NCBI GenBank assembly: GCA_003142855.1
Contig: PLNW01000086.1
Span: forward strand, 5,273 to 69,272
From: Myxococcales bacterium
GTDB taxonomy: Bacteria; Myxococcota_A; Polyangia; Fen-1088
DNA length: 64,000 nucleotides
Reading direction: 5' to 3'
Position 1 is the first letter of the stretch. Every line of letters begins with the position of its first letter. Below, piece after piece: positions 56,378 to 64,000 of the stretch. Under the pieces are notes generated by a model. The model did not search any database, was not told the origin of the DNA, and saw only the letters and a program-made list of their open reading frames with translations. Made by a program: the position numbers and the translations under genes.

Positions 56378-56638
56378 ATGAAGCCCATCAACCAGCTCTG
56401 GCGGGACCATATGCTGGCCGGGAGCATGCTGCTGGCGGATGGCTGGGCGGAGGGCATGTTCGTGGTGCTCTACCCCTCAGAGAATTCCCATGCAGCGGCG
56501 GCGATCCAGAAGTACCAGGCGTGCCTCGCCGACTCCTCGACGTTTGCCACCTGGACCCTCGAATCCTTCGCCTCGGCCCTGGAAACCGAAGATGCTGGGG
56601 GCTTGCCGGGGGAGCTGAAGGACCGCTACCTGCCTTGA
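56378..56638 (+). CDS. Hypothetical small protein, possibly a 5'-truncated gene
   Basis: Good codon bias from MKPINQLWRDHML.. to ..TFATWTLESFASALE... Ends 11 nt before the metallophosphoesterase start. The upstream part of track ORF 56252..56638 is doubtful. Confidence 0.35.
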   Translation: MKPINQLWRDHMLAGSMLLADGWAEGMFVVLYPSENSHAAAAIQKYQACLADSSTFATWTLESFASALETEDAGGLPGELKDRYLP

Positions 56639-56649
56639 CCGGCCATGGT

Positions 56650-57381
56650 ATGCGTCTCCAACTCCTCTCCGACCTGCACTTCGAGTTTCACCGGGACGGT
56701 GGGCGCTCCTTCGTTGAGTCGCTCGACCCATCTGGTGTCGACGTGCTGGTGCTTGCCGGCGATATCGCCGTTGCGGATGGCATCCCCCCAGCACTCGCGC
56801 TGCTGTGCCGGAGATTCCGTGACGCCTCAGTCGTGTACGTTCACGGCAACCACGAATTTTACAACGCGAACCGCAGCAGCGTGCTCGACCTCACCCGGCG
56901 GGCGCAGGCCGAGAACCCTAATCTTGTCTGGCTCGACAGCTCGAGCACCGAACTTCTGGGGTTCAACTTTCTGGGGGCACCGCTGTGGTTCCCGCGCTCC
57001 ACCGTCGATGAAGGACTCAAGCATGCGCTGACCGATTTCTCCGTCATCGAGGACTTCGAGTCCTGGGTGTACGAGGAGAACGCCAGGGCTGTCGCCTTTT
57101 TCGACCAGCAGTTGCGCCCCGGCGACATCGTCGTGACTCACCACCTGCCGTCACAACGCTGTGTCGCCCCAAGGTTCGTGGGGAACCCGCTCAACCCGTT
57201 CTTCGTGTGCGACCTCACGGAGCTGATACTTGAACGCCGGCCACGGCTCTGGCTGCACGGGCACTCACACGCCTCCACGCGCACCCAGATAGGAGAGACC
57301 ACGGTGCTGTGCAATCCGTTCGGATATGTGGGCGAGGAGCCCAACCGCGAGTTCCTGGACCGACTCGTGGTGGAAATCTGA
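56650..57381 (+). CDS. Metallophosphoesterase (calcineurin-like)
   Basis: Start re-called to ATG 56650. Motifs LLSDLHFE, LAGDI, GNHEF, VTHH and HGHSH are present. Confidence 0.8.
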   Translation: MRLQLLSDLHFEFHRDGGRSFVESLDPSGVDVLVLAGDIAVADGIPPALALLCRRFRDASVVYVHGNHEFYNANRSSVLDLTRRAQAENPNLVWLDSSSTELLGFNFLGAPLWFPRSTVDEGLKHALTDFSVIEDFESWVYEENARAVAFFDQQLRPGDIVVTHHLPSQRCVAPRFVGNPLNPFFVCDLTELILERRPRLWLHGHSHASTRTQIGETTVLCNPFGYVGEEPNREFLDRLVVEI

Positions 57382-57650
57382 AGGGAAGTTCAACAGGACC
57401 AGCACCCTGCTCGGGGACAAGGTGGCATCGGCGTAGCCAGCCCCCTTCATCCTCGGCCATTTCGACAGGCCATTTCGATCTGGTTGCCCATCTCCCCCGC
57501 AGCCCATACGATTGCCGGGTATGCTCGACGCTGCGGTTCGTACTTCATCCTATGACCCCGACAACTTGCGTCCACGCCTTCCGCCAGACTTGCGGATTTA
57601 GGAGGCAGTCGTCAGGGATCGCGGCAGGCAAGCTCACCACGGAAGGAATC

Positions 57651-58649
57651 ATGGACTACATCAATCTTGGCAAGACCGGCCTCAAGGTCTCCCGCATATG
57701 TCTCGGCTGCATGACCTATGGCGCGCCCGCCACAGGTGAGATCAAAGGGGGCAGGCACGCGTGGGCACTTAACGAAGGCGAGAGCAAGCCATTGCTGCGT
57801 GCGGCATTCGATCTCGGGATCAATTTTTTCGATACGGCCAATGTCTACTCGAGCGGTGCCAGCGAGGAGGTGCTCGGACGGTTTCTCAAGGCAAACGCAC
57901 GCCGCGAGGCAGTGGTCATCGCGACCAAAATTCACGGCGTCATGCGCGACGAACCCAACGGCCACGGCCTATCCCGAAAATCCATCTTCTTCGAGATCGA
58001 CGAGAGTCTGCGTCGCCTGGGCACCGACTACGTCGACCTCTACCAAATCCACCGCTGGGACTCCGAAACGCCCATCGAGGAAACTCTGGAGTCGTTGCAC
58101 GATTTGGTGAAGATGGGAAAGGCGCGCTACATCGGTGCGTCTTCCATGCATGCCTGGCAATTCACCAAAGCGCTCTATCTCGCTGACCTCCACGGCTGGT
58201 CTCGATTTGTTTCCATGCAGAATCACTACAACCTGCTCTATCGAGAAGAAGAGCGCGAGATGATGCCTCTTTGTCAGGCCGAAGGTATTGGCGTCATCCC
58301 CTGGAGTCCTCTCGCACGGGGCCGTCTGGCCCGACCCTGGCAAAGCGAAAGCACCAAGCGCTACGAGACGGACCAGTTTGGAAAGAAGCTGTATTCGCAG
58401 ACCGAGGAGGCCGACCGGAAAGTAGTCGATCGCTTGGGTCAGATCTCGGAGCAGCGCGGACTTCCCCGTGCGCAGATTGCGCTGGCGTGGCTGCTCAGCA
58501 AGCCGGGGATCACCGCGCCGATTGTCGGCGCCACCAAGTCACACCATCTGCAAGACGCAATAGCGGCGCTCTCGTTGCGTTTGAGCCCCGAGGAAATAGC
58601 TTCTCTCGAGGAGCCGTACACGCCACATCCCGTCCTTGGCTTCAGCTAA
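57651..58649 (+). CDS. Aldo/keto reductase
   Basis: Start re-called to ATG 57651: MDYINLGKTGLKVSRICLGCMTYG, FFDTANVY, DLYQIHRWD. Confidence 0.92.
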   Translation: MDYINLGKTGLKVSRICLGCMTYGAPATGEIKGGRHAWALNEGESKPLLRAAFDLGINFFDTANVYSSGASEEVLGRFLKANARREAVVIATKIHGVMRDEPNGHGLSRKSIFFEIDESLRRLGTDYVDLYQIHRWDSETPIEETLESLHDLVKMGKARYIGASSMHAWQFTKALYLADLHGWSRFVSMQNHYNLLYREEEREMMPLCQAEGIGVIPWSPLARGRLARPWQSESTKRYETDQFGKKLYSQTEEADRKVVDRLGQISEQRGLPRAQIALAWLLSKPGITAPIVGATKSHHLQDAIAALSLRLSPEEIASLEEPYTPHPVLGFS

Positions 58650-58675
58650 ACGATAGCGGTTGCACGAGGAGCCCG

Positions 58676-59212
58676 ATGTCCAAGAAGTCCCTTCCGCTGT
58701 CCCATGTCTACCGCCTGCTCGAACCCGGCCCAGTCGTCCTGCTGAGCACAGCCGACCGCACGCGGGCGAACATCATGGCGCTGTCGTGGCACACGATGAT
58801 GGAATTCGAGCCGCCACTCGTCGGTTGCGTGATCAGCCGACGCAACTACACCTTCGACATCCTGAGGGCAACCAAAGAGTGCGTGATCAACATCCCGACC
58901 GTGGAACTGGCCAAGCAGGTCGTTAGTTGCGGGAACACTTCTGGGAAGCGGGTGGACAAGTTCAAGACGTTCGGCCTGACGCCGGTGGCTGCATCGCAAG
59001 TCAAGGCACCACTCATCAAGGAATGCTACGCGAACCTCGAGTGCAGAGTTGTCGACACGAGGCTGGTCGCCGCTTACAACTTCTTCGTCCTCGAAGTGGT
59101 CAAGGCATGGATCGCACGCTCAAGGAGACGCCCGCGGACGATGCACCATGGAGGGAAGGGCATCTTCATGGTCGCCAGCAAGATGATCAGGCTGCCCTCG
59201 AAGAAGAAGTGA
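58676..59212 (+). CDS. Flavin reductase-like (FMN-binding split-barrel) protein
   Basis: Start re-called to ATG 58676. PGPVVLLST..NIMALSWH..PPLVGCVI is the flavin reductase domain pattern. Confidence 0.85.
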   Translation: MSKKSLPLSHVYRLLEPGPVVLLSTADRTRANIMALSWHTMMEFEPPLVGCVISRRNYTFDILRATKECVINIPTVELAKQVVSCGNTSGKRVDKFKTFGLTPVAASQVKAPLIKECYANLECRVVDTRLVAAYNFFVLEVVKAWIARSRRRPRTMHHGGKGIFMVASKMIRLPSKKK

Positions 59213-59339
59213 CATCAGCGGCACTCGCGTGACCCGCCGCACAGGGCCGGATCGAAGGGGATCGCTCACGGGCAAGCCGCCCCTGCCATGCTGAAGACCG
59301 GCCACGCGTCGACACCCCACAAGCTCTTGTAGGTCGTTG

Positions 59340-60002
59340 TCAGCGATGGCCGCCACCATGGCCTCCGCCGTGGCCACCGCCGAAGCCGCTGTGACCACTG
59401 AAACTACCGCGTGAGGCACCACCAGCGTTGCTGCGATAGCTGCCACCGTAACCACCACCAAAACCGTATCTTCCGCCGCCGCCGCGGTATCCGCCCCAAC
59501 CATACCCGGCCCGGTAGAGGCCAGCGTACCAGCCAAAGCCCATCGGACCACGGGGGCCAAAGTAAGGATAGGCACCCCAGCCCCAGACCCAGGGAGCCGC
59601 CAGCCACATCCATCCGTAGCTGGGGTAGTACACGTATGAGTAGGGGGATGCGTCGTTGGCCGTGCCTTCGTAGGTGTACTGGTTGCCGTAGGGCATCCAA
59701 ATCCAGCCGTACTGACTCGTGTACACCCACTGCCCCCCACCCGCCGCCTGAACTCCCCCAGCGGGCTGTTGCATCTGGGGCTGCGCCTGGTCCTGGACCG
59801 GTGGTGCTGGAGGCTGTTGGGGCGGGGCAGGAGGGTGGATGTCGGGGGGCGCGGTGGGCGGCTCCATCGCTTGTGGCGGCGAGACAGGCGGAGAAGCCGA
59901 ACCCTGGCTCGTCGAATCGCCTATGACGTTCATTTCCTGGGCTCGAGCGACGCCGAATCCCAGGGACAAGAGACAAAGGGAAACGGTCAGCTTGATCTTC
60001 AT
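59340..60002 (-). CDS. Secreted low-complexity protein (Pro/Gln-rich, then Gly/Tyr/Trp-rich, GGGH tail)
   Basis: Signal peptide MKIKLTVSLCLLSLGFGVARAQ. Composition is described in the findings. Confidence 0.6.
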   Translation of the reverse strand: MKIKLTVSLCLLSLGFGVARAQEMNVIGDSTSQGSASPPVSPPQAMEPPTAPPDIHPPAPPQQPPAPPVQDQAQPQMQQPAGGVQAAGGGQWVYTSQYGWIWMPYGNQYTYEGTANDASPYSYVYYPSYGWMWLAAPWVWGWGAYPYFGPRGPMGFGWYAGLYRAGYGWGGYRGGGGRYGFGGGYGGSYRSNAGGASRGSFSGHSGFGGGHGGGHGGGHR

Positions 60003-60225
60003 GACGCCACCTCAGGGTTGGACAACCGTAGGCTCACTTTCATTCTACGACATATCCGATCGTCGAGTACCGCCAAGTCGGCGGGAAGAAAAGTACCAGA
60101 AGATCTTGCCCGCGAGATTGCTGCCCCGGAGAGTTTTTACATAGCTTTACCTACTGGCAATACGCCCGAAGCACGCGGCCTGCATCTTGGATACGCACGG
60201 GAGACCGTGGTCAAGCATCTGCAGC

Positions 60226-60705
60226 ATGACCACGGCCGCTGACACGTCGGATTTTGAGAGGGCCTTTCGGAATATGTCCAACGAAGAACAACTATGTCAT
60301 CTTCGCGAGTTGACACCTTCGGGCATTGAAGACGAAAGCGCCTCTATGGGATTGCAGGATAGGCGTCGCTTCTTGCGCGCCAGAGTTGACAGCAGCGCCT
60401 TCGTTCTGGTGGCCAGACGATACGTGGGCGCGTACGTGGTGCGAGACCTCTCGGCTGGGGGTGCACATCTGGTCGGCGACAACAACCTCACGATTGGCCA
60501 AGTTGTGCAGATACTGCTTCGGGTGGGCAAGCAGTTGTCACAGGGTCTCGAAGCCGAGGTGGTGCGGTTGGAACGGTTGCCATCCGGCGAAAAGAGATTC
60601 GCTGTGGCATTCAGAAATCTCGCCCCAGACATGGAGAATTCACTCCAGAATCTGGCGGACCGGAATTGTGCGCTGGAACAAACGCCGCGTGCTCAACGTC
60701 GGTAA
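60226..60705 (+). CDS. PilZ domain protein
   Basis: RRRFLRARV ... VRDLSAGGAHL motifs. The start (60187 or 60226) is uncertain. Confidence 0.7.
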   Translation: MTTAADTSDFERAFRNMSNEEQLCHLRELTPSGIEDESASMGLQDRRRFLRARVDSSAFVLVARRYVGAYVVRDLSAGGAHLVGDNNLTIGQVVQILLRVGKQLSQGLEAEVVRLERLPSGEKRFAVAFRNLAPDMENSLQNLADRNCALEQTPRAQRR

Positions 60706-60722
60706 GCTGAGGGGCGCTACCC

Positions 60723-60810
60723 CCCCGGCATGCGTGACCCAGGATCACGGGGCCGGCGGCATTTCGTGGCGAGATGGCTAACTGGATGGCGGCCCATCAT
60801 TAGATCTGTG
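60723..60810 (+). repeat. Copy B of the ~89-nt dispersed direct repeat
   Basis: See copy A; same orientation, 5.2 kb downstream. Confidence 0.85.
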
Positions 60811-60833
60811 GTGTAGAAACAACCGCAACCGAA

Positions 60834-61340
60834 ATGGCTATGAACGGGAATGACGGGCAGGCCGGACGTAGGCCGAAGCGATGGGCCTGGGTAGGCGTGA
60901 GGCTGCTAGTCTTTGCCCTCCTCGGGATCACGACCGCGGACTGCTCCTTCACCTGGGTGACACGTCCTGTCCCTCGGGAAGAAGCACCTCAATACACCGC
61001 ACTTCCGCTGTGCACGAATAGCTACTGGATGCCGGGGCTGGACACGGCAGCAGTGGCATTATTCAGCGCCGCGATCACCAATGTTTCTCTGAACACGTCA
61101 TCGGGCACAATTCGGAGCTATACCCTGGCGGCTGATGGCGCGTTGGTTCTCACTGCCCTCGCGAGCGCCATATACGGCTACTACTACGTGGCGGAGTGCA
61201 GGCAACAGGATCTGACAGTCCCGATTCCCCGACCATATTCTGCTCCGCAACCGCCGGATGGCGGGCATCTCGTGACCCGTTGGAGCAGTGGCCTGGCGCA
61301 AGGAGTGTCCCACGGGGTAGAGCCAGTGCCGGTGCAATAG
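60834..61340 (+). CDS. Hypothetical membrane protein
   Basis: 168-aa ORF with three hydrophobic segments. No recognisable family. Confidence 0.4.
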   Translation: MAMNGNDGQAGRRPKRWAWVGVRLLVFALLGITTADCSFTWVTRPVPREEAPQYTALPLCTNSYWMPGLDTAAVALFSAAITNVSLNTSSGTIRSYTLAADGALVLTALASAIYGYYYVAECRQQDLTVPIPRPYSAPQPPDGGHLVTRWSSGLAQGVSHGVEPVPVQ

Positions 61341-61458
61341 ACGGCCAACGGTGAGCAGCATGGCCAGCGACTTCATGATCCCTGACCCTTTCGATCTTGT
61401 TGCCCAGCTGCCATTTGCCCAATACGATTGCAGCGGGAAAGAACAACCCGGAGAACAA

Positions 61459-62004
61459 ATGTCCAACACCGACCCGACCATCACCGCTCAGATCGAAACC
61501 TTCACCCAGCAAATCGTTGCCGCCGTGGAAGCAGCCGTAGCTCAACGAATCCAGGCTGCCCTTGCTGGTGCCTTTGGCGTTCCGCAAAAGCGCGGACCAG
61601 GCAGGCCACCGAAGCAGGCTGTGGCGCATGTGGCACCTGTGGCGGCACCCAAACCGGCGCGGAAGAAACAGATTTGTCCAGTACCCGGCTGCAAGAACGT
61701 GGCAGCACCAATCTTCGGCATGGTCTGCAAGAACCACAAGAACGTGGCCAAGTCCAAGATCAAAAAGTACCGGGAGCAGCGACGGGAAGGCAATGTCACC
61801 CAGGCGACAGGGGCCAAGCCGGCGGCGGGAAAGAAGGTGAAGAAGGCCACGCCGAAGGTTGCGCGGGCGCGGAAACTTCAAGGGCAGTACTTGGGCGCAT
61901 TGAAATCCCTCACAGGCGCGGACAGGGCAAAGGTCAAGGCAGTCGCCAAGGACAAGGGCGTCGCTGATGCCGTGAAGCTGGCGCTGTCGATGAAGAAGGC
62001 GTAG
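61459..62004 (+). CDS. Lysine-rich DNA-binding-like protein with AT-hook (RGPGRPPK) and CCCH zinc-ribbon-like motif
   Basis: Start re-called to ATG 61459 (MSNTDPT..). CPVPGCKN..x12..CKNHK. The C-terminal K/A-rich segment resembles histone H1 or nucleoid proteins. Confidence 0.55.
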   Translation: MSNTDPTITAQIETFTQQIVAAVEAAVAQRIQAALAGAFGVPQKRGPGRPPKQAVAHVAPVAAPKPARKKQICPVPGCKNVAAPIFGMVCKNHKNVAKSKIKKYREQRREGNVTQATGAKPAAGKKVKKATPKVARARKLQGQYLGALKSLTGADRAKVKAVAKDKGVADAVKLALSMKKA

Positions 62005-62399
62005 GCCCGTGCTGGCGGATGTTGCAGGCGACCACACCGGCCGCTCTGGCACGCCGGATCGGGTAGGTCCTATCTAGCACTGTTTGAAACATGGCCTTCT
62101 CCGATGGTGCGAGGGGCCGACATCACGCAAAGGCGCTGGTTGCGGTCGGTGGCAGACCGGCCCAAGTAGCTGCTGGATTTGACGGATGAGCCCGCTCTCG
62201 CATTCAGGCGCGGTCAACGGGAGGTCGGACACCGGGCTGGCGTGATCCGTCTGACCGACACCCGTCTGACCGAAGCGAGCACAACTTCCGCCCCAGGTGA
62301 TATCATGCGCCGCGATGGACTTTTGCGTGCGCCGAAACCTGGGGATGAACCGTGGCGAAACGTAGCGAGCGCGTTCCCAGGTCAGCGGCCAAGACCCAT

Positions 62400-64000
62400 G
62401 TGACGAGCGAAGCCGCCACGGAGACCAAGCAGTCGGGAGCCACCCTCGGGTTCGAGGCCAAGCTGTGGCTGACCGCAGACAAGTTGCGCAACAACATGGA
62501 CGCGGCGGAGTACAAGCACGTCGTCCTCGGCCTCGTTTTCCTCAAGTACATCTCCGATACCTTCGACGAACACCATGCCAAGCTGGTCGTGGGCAAAGGT
62601 GACTACGCGGGTGCCAACCCCGAAGACAAAGACGAATACAAAGCCGAAAACGTCTTCTGGGTGCCCAAGGAAGGCCGCTGGTCGCATCTGCAGGCCAGCG
62701 CCAAGCAGCCCACCATCGGCAAGGTGGTGGACGACGCCATGGTCGCCATCGAGCGCGACAACCCGCGCCTCAAGGGCGTCCTGCCCAAGGAATACGCACG
62801 CCCCGGCCTCGACAAGCACCGCCTGGGCGAACTCATCGACCTCATCGGCACCATCGGCCTCGGTGACCGCGAGAACCGCGCCAAGGACATCCTCGGTCGC
62901 GTGTACGAATACTTCCTTACCCAGTTCGCCAGCGCCGAGGGCAAGAACGGCGGCCAGTTCTACACCCCGTCCTGCGTGGTGCGCTGCCTGGTTGCCATGC
63001 TCGCGCCCTACAAGGGCCGCATCTACGATCCCTGCTGCGGCTCCGGCGGCATGTTCGTGCAGTCGGAAAAGTTCGTGGAAGCCCACGGCGGCAAGCTGGG
63101 CGACGTCAGCATCTACGGCCAGGAGAGCAACGCCACCACCCGCCGCCTGGCCGTGATGAACCTCGCCCTGCGCGGCATCGAGGCCGACTTCGGCCCCGAG
63201 CAAGCCGACACCTTCCGCCGCGATCTGCACCCCGACCTGCGCGCCGACTACGTCCTGGCCAATCCGCCCTTCAACGACTCGGACTGGTTCCGCAAGGACG
63301 ACGACGTGCGCTGGCAGTTCGGCATCCCGCCCAAGGGCAACGCCAACTTCGCCTGGGTATCGCACTTCATCCATCACCTCGCGCCGAACGGCATGGCTGG
63401 CTTCGTGCTTGCCAATGGCAGCATGTCCTCGAACCAGTCCGGCGAAGGCGACATCCGCAAAGTCATCATCGAGGCGGATCTCGTGGACTGCATGGTCGCC
63501 ATGCCCGGCCAGCTCTTCTACAGCACGCAGATTCCCGTGTGCCTATGGTTCCTGACCAAGAACAAGAACGATGGCAAGCGCCGCGACCGACGCAAGCAGA
63601 CCCTGTTCATCGATGCCCGCAAGCTCGGCACACTCATCGACCGCGTCCACCGCGAGCTGACCGATGCCGACCTAGATAAGATCGTCGGCACCTACCACGC
63701 ATGGCGCGGGGACAAGGGCGCCGCCGAAGGCGGCGGTGGGCGTGTAGGGCGGGTAGGTCCCGCAGCCCCCGAAGGGGGAAAGGGCGCTGGCAAGTACAAA
63801 GACGTCGCCGGTTTCTGCAAATCCGCTACCACTGCCGAAATCACCACCCACGGTCACGTGCTTACGCCTGGCCGCTACGTCGGTGCCGAGGAAGTGGCCG
63901 ACGACGGCGAGCCCTTCGGCGAGAAGATGGCGCGGCTGGTGGCAGAATTGACCGGGCAGTTTGTGGAGGGCGCGAAGCTGGAGAAAGCCATCAAGGCGAA
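62400..64000 (+). CDS. hsdM: Type I restriction-modification DNA methyltransferase subunit M (3' end outside the window)
   Basis: Not in the ORF track because there is no stop in the window. The frame is open from 62349. [38 protein letters not shown] (HsdM_N), motif [11 protein letters not shown] and motif IV NPPF. The start is GTG 62400 or GTG 62352. Confidence 0.92.
   Translation, partial: MTSEAATETKQSGATLGFEAKLWLTADKLRNNMDAAEYKHVVLGLVFLKYISDTFDEHHAKLVVGKGDYAGANPEDKDEYKAENVFWVPKEGRWSHLQASAKQPTIGKVVDDAMVAIERDNPRLKGVLPKEYARPGLDKHRLGELIDLIGTIGLGDRENRAKDILGRVYEYFLTQFASAEGKNGGQFYTPSCVVRCLVAMLAPYKGRIYDPCCGSGGMFVQSEKFVEAHGGKLGDVSIYGQESNATTRRLAVMNLALRGIEADFGPEQADTFRRDLHPDLRADYVLANPPFNDSDWFRKDDDVRWQFGIPPKGNANFAWVSHFIHHLAPNGMAGFVLANGSMSSNQSGEGDIRKVIIEADLVDCMVAMPGQLFYSTQIPVCLWFLTKNKNDGKRRDRRKQTLFIDARKLGTLIDRVHRELTDADLDKIVGTYHAWRGDKGAAEGGGGRVGRVGPAAPEGGKGAGKYKDVAGFCKSATTAEITTHGHVLTPGRYVGAEEVADDGEPFGEKMARLVAELTGQFVEGAKLEKAIKA

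Larger units (their letters stand above)
54912..64000. mobile_element. Putative integrated genomic island (far end beyond the window)
   Basis: tRNA 3'-half at the left border, excisionase-like HTH gene, visibly lower GC and weaker codon bias, decayed ORFs, and a type I R-M methylase. Confidence 0.5.

Noticed and set aside
62382-63377. 331-aa minus-strand ORF.
   Set aside because: It is antisense to the unlisted hsdM gene, whose plus frame carries the Hsd[10 protein letters not shown] and NPPF motifs.

Overview
High-GC bacterial chromosome segment, probably Myxococcota. This is inferred from a MYXO-CTERM-type sorting tail, many lipoproteins with G/S/T-rich tethers, long coiled-coil proteins and PilZ proteins. 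Nt 1-51400 look like core genome: ilvE, two tandem tRNA-Ser, a MATE exporter, mutY, osmC, an Omp85-like/periplasmic protein/histidine-kinase operon, rpmE-prfA, a CIRCE-like site with zinc-ribbon-groES-groEL, and two rhamnogalacturonan loci (PL4 lyase x2, GH105, OprB-like porin). The core also holds Fur/PerR-catalase-cytochrome c peroxidase, a CzcCBA-type RND operon, cyaY, msrBA and a thioredoxin. The most unusual core gene is a B12-binding radical SAM enzyme. It is fused in frame to a lipoprotein-signal-like segment and a proline/aspartate-rich domain encoded by perfect 60-bp tandem repeats. It is followed 6 nt later by an MFS-like membrane protein. From about 51.5 kb the window becomes accessory. 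A chromate-transporter gene stump precedes an overlapping SMC/ABC-type ATPase plus small Toprim-like (DUF4276/RloB-like) gene pair at 51886-53530. This pair is my best candidate for a defence or abortive-infection module. At 54912 lies the 3' half of a tRNA-Arg(CCG), read here as an att scar. It opens a lower-GC island with an excisionase-like HTH, a decayed stretch, a pair of ~89-nt direct repeats 5.2 kb apart, a metallophosphoesterase, AKR and flavin reductase genes, a lysine-rich AT-hook/zinc-ribbon protein and a type I R-M hsdM. The hsdM gene runs off the window and is absent from the ORF track. The track uses ATG/GTG/TTG starts and longest ORFs, so I re-called many starts at internal codons. 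All family assignments come from motif reading only; no searches were run.
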